Shown piece after piece: positions 39,157 to 52,223 of a stretch of DNA of 64,000 bases. The stretch is from Eledone cirrhosa. Its lineage: Eukaryota. The position numbers and the translations under genes are program-made. Numbering within the stretch: position 1 is the first letter of the stretch; every line of letters begins with the position of its first letter. Location of the stretch: assembly GCA_964016885.1 (NCBI GenBank), contig OZ024741.1, positions 54,622,001 to 54,686,000 of the forward strand. The letters run 5' to 3'. The notes under the pieces are model-generated. The model ran no database searches, was not told the DNA's origin, and saw nothing but the letters and a program-made list of their open reading frames with translations.

Positions 39157-41300
39157 GACCTATTTTCATCCCCAAAATAATATTTTCATTCATTATACTC
39201 TTTCGTCTAACCAGGATGTATTTGATAAAAATGCGACCTTTTATAGCGAAGCTTTAGCTAGAAGCGGCCACAAAAACAAATTAGTATATATACCTTGTAC
39301 CAATAACACTACAAACATACAACCCAATATTACCAACAAACACCAAATGAAATATACACACCTAAATGCCACTCACACTATACCCCAAAATACCAACATA
39401 AAACTTAATTTCTCTAACTCTTCTAATATACAATATAGTAACTTTCAAAAAACCATTCCTCCTAATACTCCAATATATGTTAATAACAAAATTCCTAATA
39501 AACAGGCTAAAACACCTAAATCAGTGAATCTAACTAAAAATATATGTAATAAAATCACTAATACTAATTCTCTTAATAAACATCAGGATACATCCTATAA
39601 AAATAATAAACAACATCGAAACCGTAATAGACGAGTTACTTGGTATAATGCTCCATTTAATCTACAAATTAAAGATAATATACCTAAAAAATATTTACTA
39701 TCCTAGAGAAAAACTTCCCGCCAAACCATAAATACCATCAAATTTTAAATAGATCAACGGTTAATTTCTCCTACTCAACAACCAAAAATATACAAGATAT
39801 AAATGCATATAATGCATATAAATGTAAAAAAAAACATGAATATACCACCAATACATCAAACTAACCATAATACTAAAATAAACCACAGCAAACCACCATC
39901 TCATTCACATACAACAAGTCGTGAAAATTCCACACCTAATTTGACTATCTCCTCTGATACAGCATTCACGAAAGGTAGAAACAAAGCAAATTGCCCATTA
40001 AAAGGAAGTTGCCTTATTAATAACATAGTATATAAATGTAAAATTAACACTAAGGACTCAACTTATTCATATATAGTAGCTACGTCTAACCAATTTAAAG
40101 TAAGATTTAATACCCACAAACAAAGTTTTTAAAATGCCGCATTAGCTAATACAACATCCTTAGCTGAAATAATTAATAATTATAGAAAAAGGAATATAGA
40201 TTATAACCTGGCCTGGAGTGTGCTCAAAAGGGCCACCCCTTATCAAAATAATAGATATGAATGTAGATTATGTTCCCAGGAACTTTTTGAAATAATGAAA
40301 TCTAAGGATATCCTAATAAATAAGCGACAGGAATTAATTATATCATGTAATCATAAATTGAGAAGAAATTTTAAATATTATAAACCTAATTAATATACAC
40401 TTTACAAATTATTATAATAACACTTTTTTTAAATTAGTTAACCTATAATTAATATTCTACTACTAATGAACTGTATAATTTTATTTACCTTTTACAGCTT
40501 TTCCTAAAATTTAATACATATAAACTATTTTAATTTCAGGTTATGAATCTATATTTCTTATAATCTATATAAGTTTGTTATTTCTCACTAATAAATTTAC
40601 CCCCCCCCCCCAATAATTATTATTATTTTTTTTTTATTTTCCCTTCGTTTTTAACACCATTCTTCAATTACATCTAACTTTTATTTATCATATCTATATG
40701 AATTAATATAAATTTATCAATATAAATATACCTATCAATTTAATTAATTTATTTTCTTTTTATAGATGTAAATTCCTTGTTTTAAATAAGATTGATATTT
40801 TTCACTAACACATTTATCGTAAAATTTTATACTCCTTAGATATTTACATTAGCATTATTCTTTTATAACTTCAAATTTTCGTGTACCTTTTACCGACTTG
40901 ACCTATTTTCATCCACAAAATAATATTTTCATTCATTATACTCTTTCCATTCAAAACTGAAATCTGCCTTCCTTTACCCCTAAATTAAAGTTCCATTACT
41001 ACTATTCTACCATCTTGACCACTTACTACCTTTCTATTGGTCAATTCAAAACCTGTTCCCAAACAGACCTATTATATTAAATCTTTGTTGGTTTTTTTCA
41101 ATAAACAAATATCATTATTTCTGAAGACAGCATATATATGTGTAGGTATGTATATTCCCTCTGATAGTTTGTAAAAATTTTACATAGATCTATATGATAT
41201 ACATACCAACGCACACATATATATCCTAGAAACGATCGTAAAATGATGAATTTTTTAATATAAGGAACTGTTTTTTTGTTTTTATTCATTATTTTTATTA
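39157..41300 (+). mobile_element. Degenerate AT-rich Penelope-like element 3' part with partial pLTR duplication
   Basis: RRVTWYNAPF, CPLKGSCL, IVYKCKI..SYIVATSNQFKVRFNTH; 39157-39205 repeated at ~40900-40947. Confidence 0.82.
41111..41248 (+). ncRNA. Hammerhead ribozyme with ~100-nt stem II
   Basis: CATTATTT-CTGAAGA (41121), long hairpin ATATATGTGT/ACACATATAT and GGTATGTATAT/ATATACATACC, GAAA (41229)-CGATCG-TA-AAATGATG. Confidence 0.75.
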
Positions 41301-41339
<39 letters not shown>

Positions 41340-41417
41340 TATAGATACATACATATAAACATGTACGTAAATATTCGTAAGTCTAAACACACACAGAACT
41401 ATATATATGTATGTATG

Positions 41418-41481
<64 letters not shown>

Positions 41482-41482
41482 T

Positions 41483-41543
<61 letters not shown>

Positions 41544-41858
41544 GGTATGAGTGATTCATAAATATCTTCAATTCACTGTCTCAATATAATGTAAGCCCCA
41601 TTAGAGAAGGCTACACAACAATCTACCATTATGGATATTTTTAAATATGGTTTCGTGCAGAAGTGTCTCCTGTGTGTAATTTTGGTGGTGTTGTTGTCTT
41701 AGTTTCTAACAGCTAAAAAATTCCTTATTTGTTTCGGACCTCAATAATCTCTATATTCTAACAATAAGATTCTAACATAAATAAAAGATTTCTCTATATA
41801 ATTTAGATTATAAGACCTATATACATATTTCTATGAATATAAATACATATATATATAC

Positions 41859-41940
<82 letters not shown>

Positions 41941-41969
41941 ACATATATATTTACGATTATAAACATATA

Positions 41970-42003
<34 letters not shown>

Positions 42004-42309
42004 CGTATGCATACATATGCATATATGTGTATACATATGCATATATGTGCATATATATATATAATTATTTATATCTATATCAAATAAAATCTGATTTGTC
42101 TCTAATATACTCAGACAGCTTAATAAAGATGATATACATCAATTCAGAGAAATATATGAACTTATCTAACTTAATCCTAAATCTCGGTGGATGGAAATAT
42201 AAACTAAACAAACTAAAATTAAGTCAGTTTCCCTCCCCAACCGCAGATTCTTGAATTAAGAAATAATAGTAATTATCTCAATAAATTAAGACAACCACTT
42301 TGCATTCTC

Positions 42310-44030
42310 TTCCATTCCCAGGCAGTTCTTAGAGATGCTTCTCTGCAAAACTGTCAATGATACGCTAGAAACAAATACCAAACCTGACTGCGTCGTATGC
42401 ACAACCTGAGGTGGCTTGATGTGCACCTGAAATTAAACGACATGCCGAACGCCACGATCCAACGAAATTTCTTCGAAGCTGTAAAATTTGTCACTCAGCA
42501 ATGGACATTGGGGCTGACACTTTTCAAAGATTCAGTTGGCAACAAGCTCAGAGAGAACGACGATATCCTCAAACACTGGAAGGAAAATTTCAGCACGCTG
42601 CTGAACCATCCAAACTGCACCAACCAGAATGTACTTAAAGATTTTCTTCGGGAGGTGGTTCTATCGGAATTGGAATATCAACCAACAGCTGAGGAGTGCT
42701 CAAAAGTTCTTAAACAGCTCTCATGCAACAAAGCTACTGGGCGAGACTGCATCACATCAGAAGTCCTGAAAGCGGGTGACCATGATCTCGAAGAAGAACT
42801 GCTGAACATTTTGGGAATCCCAGAGATGTCGCTCTGTTAGCCATCGCAGGAAAATACTTTGTGAAGATTATCCTGAACTGAATCTGACTGACTGTTGAGA
42901 AATTGTTTGCAGAAGTGCAGTGTGTTCAGGGGAGACAGTTCCATCAACAATATGATATTCGCCTTGCATCACCTTCTTAGAAGTGCAGTGAACAACACCA
43001 AGAACTGCACATCATCTTTGTGGAATTGGTAAAGGTCTTTGACTCAGTGAACAGGAACATTATGTGACACCTACGGCTCAAAATTGTAATACACCCCAAG
43101 GTGGTCAATATCATCAAAAGCTTCTATTTTCCATCAGCAGTGATCTCGCAGAGGAATTTGAAGTGTCGATTCGTGTTTGCAAAGATTGCATTCTCGCACC
43201 AAAAACTGATTGTATAGTACAATCAGTTTTGGGTGCGACAAATACCTTTGTCTTACGCCAGTTACAACAATGGCAAACATTGGCATTAATGTGCGTTACA
43301 AACATGATGGCAACTTCCTCAACGTATGTCACCTTAAGTCAAAGTCAACCATTACATCTAAACAGGGTGACTTCTTACATGCAGATGACTCAGCCATGGC
43401 TCCATCAAGCGCACTCTGTCGGCAAAATGCAGTTTCTACTTTGAATAATTGCTGTAAAGAATGAGGTCTGGCAATTACCAACCACAAAATAGAGGTCATA
43501 CATATTGGCTGTGTGAATCTACGACCAATCAACATTCATTATTTCACTATAGTTATAGGGCGGTGGATTGGCAGTATCGGTAGAGGGTCGGACGCCATGC
43601 TTTCTAGCATAGTTACGTCCCTTTACAGTCTGAGTTCAAATCCCGCCGAGGTTAACTTTGCCTTTCATCCTTACGGGGTCGATAAAATAAAGTACCAGTA
43701 ATGTACTGAGTAATTGCTGGCCTTGTGCCTAAAGTAGAAACAATTATTTCACTATAGTTACGTCTCTTTACGGTCTGAGTTCAAATCCCGCCGAGGTTAA
43801 CTTTGCCTTTCATCCTTACGGGGCCGATAAAATAAAGTACCAGTAATGTACTGGGTAATTTGCTGGCCTTGTGCCAAAAGTAGAAACAATTATTTCACTC
43901 TTAAACGTGCCAGAAATTTCACCTACCTTGGAGGAGTTATGACCGATGATTCGTTCATAGGATCAGAGATTAAGCGCAGAATATTTCGTAGTGCTGCTGC
44001 TTTCTCGCCCCTTAATGCCAGTGTGTGGAA
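42310..44030 (+). mobile_element. Highly degenerate RTE/BovB-like LINE interrupted by SINEs
   Basis: ILKHWKENFSTLLN, NKATGRDCITSEVLKAG, LVKVFDSVNR, FLHADDSA, NFTYLGG. Confidence 0.78.
43559..43892 (+). mobile_element. tRNA-derived SINE (full copy 43559-43746) plus tandem truncated copy (43752-43892)
   Basis: A box TGGCAGTATCGG, B box GAGTTCAAATC, central GCCTTTCATCCTTACGGGGTCGATAAA; repeated ATTATTTCACT target-site sequence. Confidence 0.9.
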
Positions 44031-44130
44031 TTGCTCAAGAACACAACGCGCTAGTCTGTTCAACAATCGAACCCGCGATATCACAAACGTACGTTCATCA
44101 CATTAACCACTAGGTGGCGCGCCTTCACAG
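44030..44130 (-). mobile_element. Degenerate head of a second tRNA-derived SINE family
   Basis: Minus strand GTGAAGGCGCG..CTAGTGGTTA (A box) ..GGGTTCGATT (B box) ..GCGTTGTGTTCTTGAGCAA. Confidence 0.6.
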
Positions 44131-44887
44131 ATCACACGTGCCTTGTAGATTATTGCATTTTTTCGTCTTCAACCCATTAACTGAGAAATGTCATCCCTTG
44201 CAGTTGCACCTATTTTATGCTATATAGATAAGGGTAGATAGTTAAATATTCAAGTGCGATGCATCGTAATCAAAGAAGAAAGGGAATTGGAAACAATCTT
44301 ACAGAGATTTGAATTTGGTTTTTGTATATTCTCACCCATATCGCTTTACATTATACATGTTTGTTTGCCTAAATTGATGTATAAACATCAGTCTGTATAT
44401 GTGCACACGTGTTTGTACGTAAGTATAGGACTTTATATTTATATATACGTGTGTGTGTGTACATGTGTCTGTGTGTCTGTCTGTGTGAGTATGTGTGTGT
44501 GTGTGTATGAAATGTGCATGCAATATGTGTAGATGTGTCTAGGTGTGTGGTACATGATACATGATGCGTGCATGTCGCTTCCAAATGAATCTCGTGTAAA
44601 ACAAACGAAAAAAGTGTTAACAGTTGTCCATCCTGAGGAATTCTACTTAACAACTTCACTAATGGGACACGAACTATATTGAACCTCTGCCAACTGATTT
44701 CATTGGTCACGTGATATATACTGACGTCGTTTTGGGTGAAAGTGGGAGGGGGTTGTATGTTTTATTGCTGTTTCTCTCTTTGTCTCAATCGTTCTCTCCG
44801 ATAATTCTAGCTCCCTCTCTATATCTCACTTTGGCTAATATAAATAGAAGCATACACACGAACGCATACACAAAATCACAAACACAG

Positions 44888-44949
<62 letters not shown>

Positions 44950-45216
44950 ATCCCCGATTGAATCTGGGACATATATATGTGTATGTGTGCGTGTGTGTGT
45001 GTGTGCGTGTGTTTGTGAGTGTGTATGTATATATACATATATATATTGGTTTACGAAGCTAACCGAAGAGAATCCGTGCAGTCCTGGACGTAATTTAATC
45101 ATTCTATGTGTGTGTGTGTCTGTGTGTCTGTGTGTCTGTGTGTTTTGACGACGGTTAAGAGACCAAAAACGTTACTGTCAGGGTGCTCACTTGTTCTTGC
45201 AAAGAATCTTTTTTTA

Positions 45217-45300
45217 AATCCATAGTGAGGCTACAAGGATGATTATTTATATAAACATCGATATTATTCAATATGCAATACAATCCCACTCACACACAGA

Positions 45301-45365
<65 letters not shown>

Positions 45366-45419
45366 AATAATATCGATGTTTATATAAATAATCATCCTTG
45401 TAGCCTCACTGTGGATTTC
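45217..45419. repeat. ~57-bp inverted repeats around (TA)n
   Basis: AAATCCATAGTGAGGCTACAAGGATGATTAT..TTCAATA mirrored at ~45361-45419. Confidence 0.8.
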
Positions 45420-45432
45420 TATACTTTTCATT

Positions 45433-45476
<44 letters not shown>

Positions 45477-45593
45477 TATGTGTGTGATTTTTAATGCAAT
45501 GAAATATCTATGATCGTCGGCAAATCACTGATGAGGGACTTATTTTATTACATGTTATCCATGTGCTACCAGCAGTAATTTTCTCCCCATTTT

Positions 45594-45638
<45 letters not shown>

Positions 45639-45819
45639 AAATCAAAAGATGGTATAAAATAAAAAGATGTATTTTATTATGCGCATAATAAAATACATGG
45701 AACTCTTTTAACCATCGTTTGATCTCATATTATTTATACTCCAGTCCTACAAACTGTTGAGTGTTACTTATCCGATATCTGCATTGCTTTATTGTGCTAC
45801 AATAAAACTCACCTCCTAC

Positions 45820-45852
<33 letters not shown>

Positions 45853-45856
<4 letters not shown>

Positions 45857-46048
45857 CGAAGGAAATGTGGTAAGGAACCAGGTGGACCATAACGCACCAA
45901 AGTACTCAATACTTATGGTAGTAGAGTGGGTAATAGGAACAAGTAAGACCCCGACGGCTGAGCTCAAGCCGTTTCGACGGCTAATTCAGTCCAGAATTAG
46001 CCGTCGAAACGGCTTGAGCTCAGCCGTCGGGGTCTTACTTGTTCCTAT
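45853..46048 (-). mobile_element. ~195-bp hairpin element carrying the 3' half of a hammerhead, in (TA)n
   Basis: Perfect 55-bp-arm palindrome 45933-46048 with loop AGTCCA; same element as 26679-26881. Confidence 0.88.
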
Positions 46049-46064
46049 ATATATATATATATAT

Positions 46065-47900
46065 TGAGTATATGTTGGTTGTATACCCACACCTAAGTAT
46101 GCAGGCTGGAGCACTCGATGAAGTGCGCAGCAGTCTCAGGGGTGACGCTAACCATCCCAACCGCAGGACACGCGGGGGGGGGGGATCACCCTACGATAGA
46201 TCTCCCAGAGCGGGCAACGACCACCCCACAGATTCGGGCCGTGAAGATAACAAAAAGCATAGCGCCCAAAGGGGAAACAACAGTGCGGGAACCACCACCA
46301 ACCCAACAAATCGCCAACAAATCACGACGCCCCCGACCCACACATATGGGAGGAGACACAGAAAAATCACGTGGTACAACCCACCCTACTCAGCGGCCCT
46401 AAAGAACAGCTTGGCCCGATCATTCTTTGGAGCACTTGATAAATGCTTCCTGCGGGACCATAGATACCACAGGATCTTCAACAGACACACTGTGAAGCTC
46501 TCGTATTCCACCACGAGAAATCTGGCCCAACACATAGCTAGCATCAACAGGAGTAGGCTTAAAAACCACACACAACCAGAAGATGACAATACAAGCACTC
46601 AGCAGAACCATGTGAAAGGAGGTAAGGGGGGACCCAGAGCCCACCCAAGAAACCCAAACAGACCCGGGACCCCCCCCCCCCAACCGTGCCTGGGGGAAGA
46701 CCACCATGTAACACCTAGCGGGAACCCCGATCTAGGCACGCAGAGGTCGACCACCCTCTGCAACTGCAAAAACCCCGAATCATGCCCCCTTGGTAATGAA
46801 TGCCTTAAGAAGAACCTAGTATACGGTTGTAGGGTTAAAAACCCCCAACTCAGAACACCTCTACATAGGAGCCACATCAACGAGCTTTAAAGACCGCTGG
46901 TACAACCATCGCCATTCATTCAATAAGGAGGCCAAAAGGAAAAGCACGGCTCTCTCCGACCTGATCTGGAAGCTTAAGCTTGACAGGACCCCGTACTCTC
47001 TGGCCTGGTACATAATCAGGAAAGTACCACCCGATAAAGGGGGATCTTGCATATGCAAACTATGCCTGAACGAGACCCTCGAGATAATAAGAGGTGGAAG
47101 CGGCCTGATAAACCTCAGAACCGACTTCTTCGGGACATGTAGACACCTTAGATCCGGGACCTTCCTCAAGATATATGGACAATAGCAACACAAGAAGATG
47201 TGAACTCCCCTCAAGCTGTAGGGAATTATCCAGAACATGTAGACACCTCTCGGCCAGACATTCCTCAAGCTATATGGGCAGTAACAACACCCTAGGTTTG
47301 AACTCCCCTCAAGCCATAGGGAACAACCCAGGCTGAGCAGACACCATGATAGCCTAGAGATTGAATCGGACACAGCCATTATAATTTGGCCAACATCTAT
47401 ATAACACAAACACATTTTAATTTACTTGATTTCTGATTTTCAATTTTCAATTTTAAATCTTGATTTCTCTTTATTAATTTGTTATTTGCAGCATAGTTAC
47501 GTCCCTTTATGATCTGAGTTCAAATGCCGCCGAGGTTGACTTTGCCTTTCATCCTTACGCGGTCGATAAAATAAAGTACCAGTAATGTACTGGGTAATTT
47601 GCTGGCCTTGTGCCAAAAGTAGAAACAATTAATTTGCTATTTGTTTTCTGTCCTCTTCACTGTATCACCTTATATTTATTTTTAAGTTGAAATTGATTAT
47701 AACACAAACACATTTTGTTTGATTATCTTATTCTTTTATTATTTTAACATCTTGTCTCTCATACCAACCTATCCAACATATTTCTGACCTTGAGATTGGT
47801 TATAGCACACACACACTTTATCCTACTTTAATTGAATCTTCATTTTATTTTTCACTTCACCATATTCATTTTCATTACTTTTTCACCAATTTTTCATTTA
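46065..47900 (+). mobile_element. Penelope-like element 3' part (linker plus GIY-YIG, one frameshift, stop near 47184) with 3' repeats and a SINE fragment at 47490-47630
   Basis: RKITWYNPPYS, IFNRHTVKLSYS, CNCKNPESCPLGNECL, LVYGC, then YIGATSTSFKDRWYNHRHSF..CKLCLNE..CRH. Confidence 0.88.
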
Positions 47901-48049
47901 TTCTTTATTCTCTATTTATTATTTATTTTCTGTTTTCTTCATTTATTGCCTTATATTTCTTCATATACATGGAAGAACCCCCCCCCCCACCACCACCACC
48001 ACCACCACCACCACGGTAGATGGTGGCAGGAGGGATGAAAAAACACACA

Positions 48050-48480
48050 CAGATACTTCTAAATTTTCAGCAGCAGCAAGACATAAGCTGACCACAACAC
48101 CAACAACACTACCGAAATAAGGGTGGAGGTCAAATGTACTTAACAATAGCAAATACAAACACTACAGGGAGCCCCACCCCAGAAAGAATTTCTATAGACT
48201 TCTGACTGAGGAATGCCCTCAAAACTGACCAATGGGAAGTTTGACATTTTTTTGTTATTTTGTTCCTTTACCACCTTGTTCCTTCTACCACTTTATCAAT
48301 TTTTAAAAGCTAACTCCAACAATAACAACACTACCAACACAAGAATTAGATGTACCTAACAATAACAAGATGTACCTAACAATAACAAGAACAACAACTA
48401 CAGATTGGCTTGCCTCAGAACGAATTTCTATAGACTTTTGAATGAGGAATGTTCTAACAACTGACCAATGAGAGGAGAAG
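48050..48480. repeat. Diverged ~240-bp tandem duplication
   Basis: CCAACAA.A.CACTACC..ATGTAC.TAACAATA..CAGAA.GAATTTCTATAGACTT..GAGGAATG..ACTGACCAATG occurs twice. Confidence 0.65.
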
Positions 48481-48646
48481 AGGCCCTTTGACACTGAAAT
48501 TCGTTTTGAATTCATATGATTCCAGTTCCTCAGTGAAATAACAACCCAACCAGGAACAGGGCATATCAAAGATGGCTGTCACCGAAATATATATAGCAGT
48601 AATAAACGAAGCTAAATTTTAAACATTTGACTTATTTATTTTACTT

Positions 48647-48706
<60 letters not shown>

Positions 48707-48709
<3 letters not shown>

Positions 48710-48824
48710 TTTTAATATAGATGAGATTCTACAGGACTAGAACTGTTTCATTCTTTAGAATTCTGATGATTTCTAAAGAATGAAACAGTTCTAGTCCTGT
48801 AGAATCTCATCTATATTAAAACTT
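48707..48824 (+). ncRNA. Fold-back palindrome containing a hammerhead (48761-48806), same family as 14241-14368
   Basis: CTGATGA-T-TTC-TAAA-GAA-T-GAAA-CAG-loop-CTG-TA; 54-bp arms with the CTGATGA box in the loop. Confidence 0.8.
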
Positions 48825-48889
48825 TTATACTCTGCAATGTATTGAGTACCTTACTTACTGTGGTTACCTCCGATTCAACCCGGAATAAC

Positions 48890-48937
<48 letters not shown>

Positions 48938-49038
48938 GTTTGAATATGTGTAATAAAGCCAAAACAATGCAGGTATGGACATAGAAAAAAGAATGCAATT
49001 GTAAAAGATATTGTTGACAATTCGTCCTTTACCTTAGA

Positions 49039-49094
49039 TTTATTTAAATGTCCTTAATTTTCGAGATAATATCTCTTCTTCAGAGGGAAATAAA
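49039..49094 (-). ncRNA. Minimal hammerhead in the 3' pLTR
   Basis: Minus strand TTTATTT-C-CCT-CTGAAGA-A-GAGAT-ATT-ATCTC-GAAA-AT-TA-AGG-ACATTT-AAATAAA. Confidence 0.8.
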
Positions 49095-49482
49095 GGTCTC
49101 AAACCAGCGTTCTAAATATCTTGCCAAGCCATGCTGACAGGAAATAGTATAGAGTATCTGTTCTATCTCTAATGTCAAAGAGTTAAAATTAGGTGGATAA
49201 AGAGTAGTCTCCCTTTAAAAGGGGTTTGTTTAGGGGTTTGTTTTTTTAATTTTATATACATGCCTGTATAAGTGTGTGGGAGAATGCATGAAGGTGTAAG
49301 TATGTGAGTGTGTGTGTGTGAGTGTGAGAAGATAAGTCTATTCGTAAATGTGGGGGATAGGTGTTATCTGGTGTTAGAACTGGTTTTGTGTGTGTATGTG
49401 TGAGAGAGAATAAGTGGAGGTGTAAGCGTGTGTGTGTGCGCGTGCGTGTGTGGGGGGTGTAAATATGGGGCTAGAAGCCCTA

Positions 49483-52047
49483 TCAGGTTATAAATTGGGT
49501 GTTGAGTTCTAGTCTATTATTGATTGGTGGTTGTGTTTTATCTATAATTAGTGCTTCCTTAATTCTAAGATTGCCGAGGTTTCTTTCCTTAGTTTCTATC
49601 CTAACCGTTATGGTTTTGTCGGTGTTTTTGCATTTAACTAGGTGTTTCTTAAATGAGGAAGCGTTAGTATTGAGGTGTTCTTTTATTCTTATGTGGAGTG
49701 GTCTGGTGGTGCTACCTACGTAGAAGTTGTTGCATTTGTCACACTCTAGTCTGTATACGACGTAAGCCTGGTGGCATAGGTCTGTGTCGTTGATGGGGCA
49801 GTTGGCTAGTCTGCAGCAGTTGTCATGTCTGGTGGAGTGTCTCTTGGCCAGCCGTCCGCGCAGAGAAGGACCCGAGTGGGCCAGTTGGATATCCAGTCCC
49901 TCTCGTCTGATGGCTCTGCGGATGGCTGTTGTTGTTTCTTCACTGAAGTGTGGGAGCTTCAGGAAGCAAGTGTTAGTGCCTCGGGTGTGGTGTCCTCTGT
50001 TCTTTCTGGCACGGTTTGTCGTGTATCCGTTCAGTACTTCCAGGAAATGTGTGGTGTGTGTGTCTCGGTCTCTAGCGTCGGTGCATTTGTTCCGGATACG
50101 TACCAGTTCGTTCCTTATGTATCCGAACTTGGCACCGAGTGGGAGGGCCGATCTGAAATGTACGAACAGGTCCCTGCTGGCGGCTTTTTTATAGAAGCAG
50201 GTGTGGATGTTGCCTTCCTCTGTTACTCTGAGTTGGAAGTCCAGTAGGGATAGGGATCCGCGGTCATCGGGGTGTTCCATGCTGAACTTTATACTGGCGT
50301 CCATGCTGGAGAATGTTGTGTATATTTTATCTGCCTCCTCACGAGATGATGTAAGGATGAGTATGTCATCTACATATCGGGTGAAGAAGGCATGGGAATG
50401 GCAGGTGTTGAGGGCTCGGCATTCTAGCTGGTTCATGTAGGTGATGGCCAGCAGGCCCGATAGGCTGGATCCCATGGGTAATCCTGTTGTCTGTCTGTAT
50501 GTGTGGTGGTGGAAGGTGAAGTACGTGTTGTCTACTGTGAAGGACAAAAGCTGGTGTATGTCCGTCGGGTGGAGGCCGCAGCAGTGGATGTCCTCTGCGA
50601 CCACGCAGTCCGTCAATAAATCGACAGCTGGATGAGCGGGGACTGTAGTGTAGAGGGAGACAACGTCGAGGCTAAAAGCGTATTTATTTAGTTTAAGTTG
50701 TTCTGGCTGGAGTTGGTGTAGTCTACGTATAACTTCGTCGGAGCTACTGACATTCCCGGGAAAGGTGGAGAGTAGAGGTTTGAGGACCTGGGAGAGGAGC
50801 CAGGAAATTTTGTATAGGGGTCCTTCTATGCTAGAGACGATGGGTCTTATTTGCGTCTTAGTACTATTCTTGTGGGTCTTGATGAGGTGGTAGAAAGTGG
50901 GCAGTCTGCTATTTCTAGTGGTGTAGTTGAGCTTAACTTTATTTGGGAGTTGTCTTCTCCTACAGATATCGAACCAAATGGAGTTGGTCTGTTTTTCAAT
51001 CTGGGCTGCAGTCATGTCCGTGATCACTGTGTATAATTCACTGTCGCTTAGGTGTTCAAAGGCTAGGTTATTGTATGTGGCTTGAGAGATGACGCAAAAC
51101 TCTTTACCTTTGTCGGATGGTAAGTATATAAGTTCCCTATTCCGTAGGTTCTTCAGGGCGAGTTGTTGTGTCCTGGAGAGGTTTGGGGCCATCTTCTTCT
51201 GTTTCCGTAAGATGTTAAATACGGAATGTTTTAGTCTCGAGAGTTTTTCTTCAAGCTCGCGGTTGGCAGGCGGTGGACAGAGTGGGCGATCTTGTTGGTA
51301 TATCGGGAATCTGGGTTTGATGGATTCCGTGGTGTTGTTGTCGAGAGTCGATATCCATTTTAGTTAGGCAGCCCGACAGAAATTCGTTTCTATGTCGAGC
51401 CATAGTTTGTCGTCCAGTCTCTGTTTCAATATGAACTTGGGACCCAGGCTGAGGAGATCTAATTCCTCTCGGGAGAGTGATCCTGTCAAGTCTGTGACGG
51501 GGTGTTTTGCGTCAGGAGTGTTGTTGGTCGGGGCGCCGCTAGGTTCGGTGTTGGTACCGTCTTGTTCGCCTCTGTTGGTGTTTAGAGTTGGGATGTTGTT
51601 AAGATAGTTGGCCGTCCTGAGTTTGAGAAATTTTTGCGTTAGACGTATTTTCTCGTAGTCTCGGCGGTGGTGGTATGACCTGTCTATAGTGGCGGAGATG
51701 ACTCTGGACAGAGGTTCTGGGGTTTCAGCGAGTTGTGGTACAAGGCTGGAAATAGTCCGCATGTGATGTTGTAGCGTGCGGTGTAGGTGTTGTATGAGTG
51801 TTCTTAGGCAGAATTTCTGTATGTAACTAAGTGATCGTTTGAGGCCTGGTGATTTGAAGCATGTTGGTAGGTGAAAATGTTTGATAGTTTTGGGGATGAT
51901 GTTGTTATTCAGGCATCGTTTTAGGAAGTTTATTTGGCAGCCGGCTTTGGCGCGCTTTTCAGATAGCTGCAAGAGTTTCTTTACAGTTGTGAACTGGGCC
52001 TGGCTCAGGCGTAAGGAAAGGAGGAGGTTATAGTTCACTTGAAGCAT
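49483..52047 (-). pseudogene. PLE RT/GIY-YIG polyprotein with one in-frame TAA at 51364-51366
   Basis: LSLGPKF, PSDKG, SLDVVSLYT, GLPMGSSLS, RYVDD, CRLANCPI..C, VVYRLECDKCNNFYVGSTTR..RIKEH; ORFs 51364-52149 and 49483-51192 are in one frame. Confidence 0.92.
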
Positions 52048-52167
52048 TGTGTAATGAGGTATAAACGTTTGAATATGTGTAATAAAGCCAAAACAATGCA
52101 GGTATGGACATAGAAAAAAGAATGCAATTGTAAAAGATATTGTTGACAATTCGTCCTTTACCTTAGA

Positions 52168-52223
52168 TTTATTTAAATGTCCTTAATTTTCGAGATAATA
52201 TCTCTTCTTCAGAGGGAAATAAA
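52168..52223 (-). ncRNA. Minimal hammerhead in the 5' pLTR
   Basis: Same sequence as 49039-49094. Confidence 0.8.

Noticed and set aside
43559-43650. tRNA gene
   Set aside because: A and B boxes belong to a SINE head; no complete cloverleaf, and the SINE body follows.
51364-51366. In-frame stop as selenocysteine recoding (known in Naiad PLEs)
   Set aside because: The codon is TAA, not TGA, and is not at an evident Cys position.
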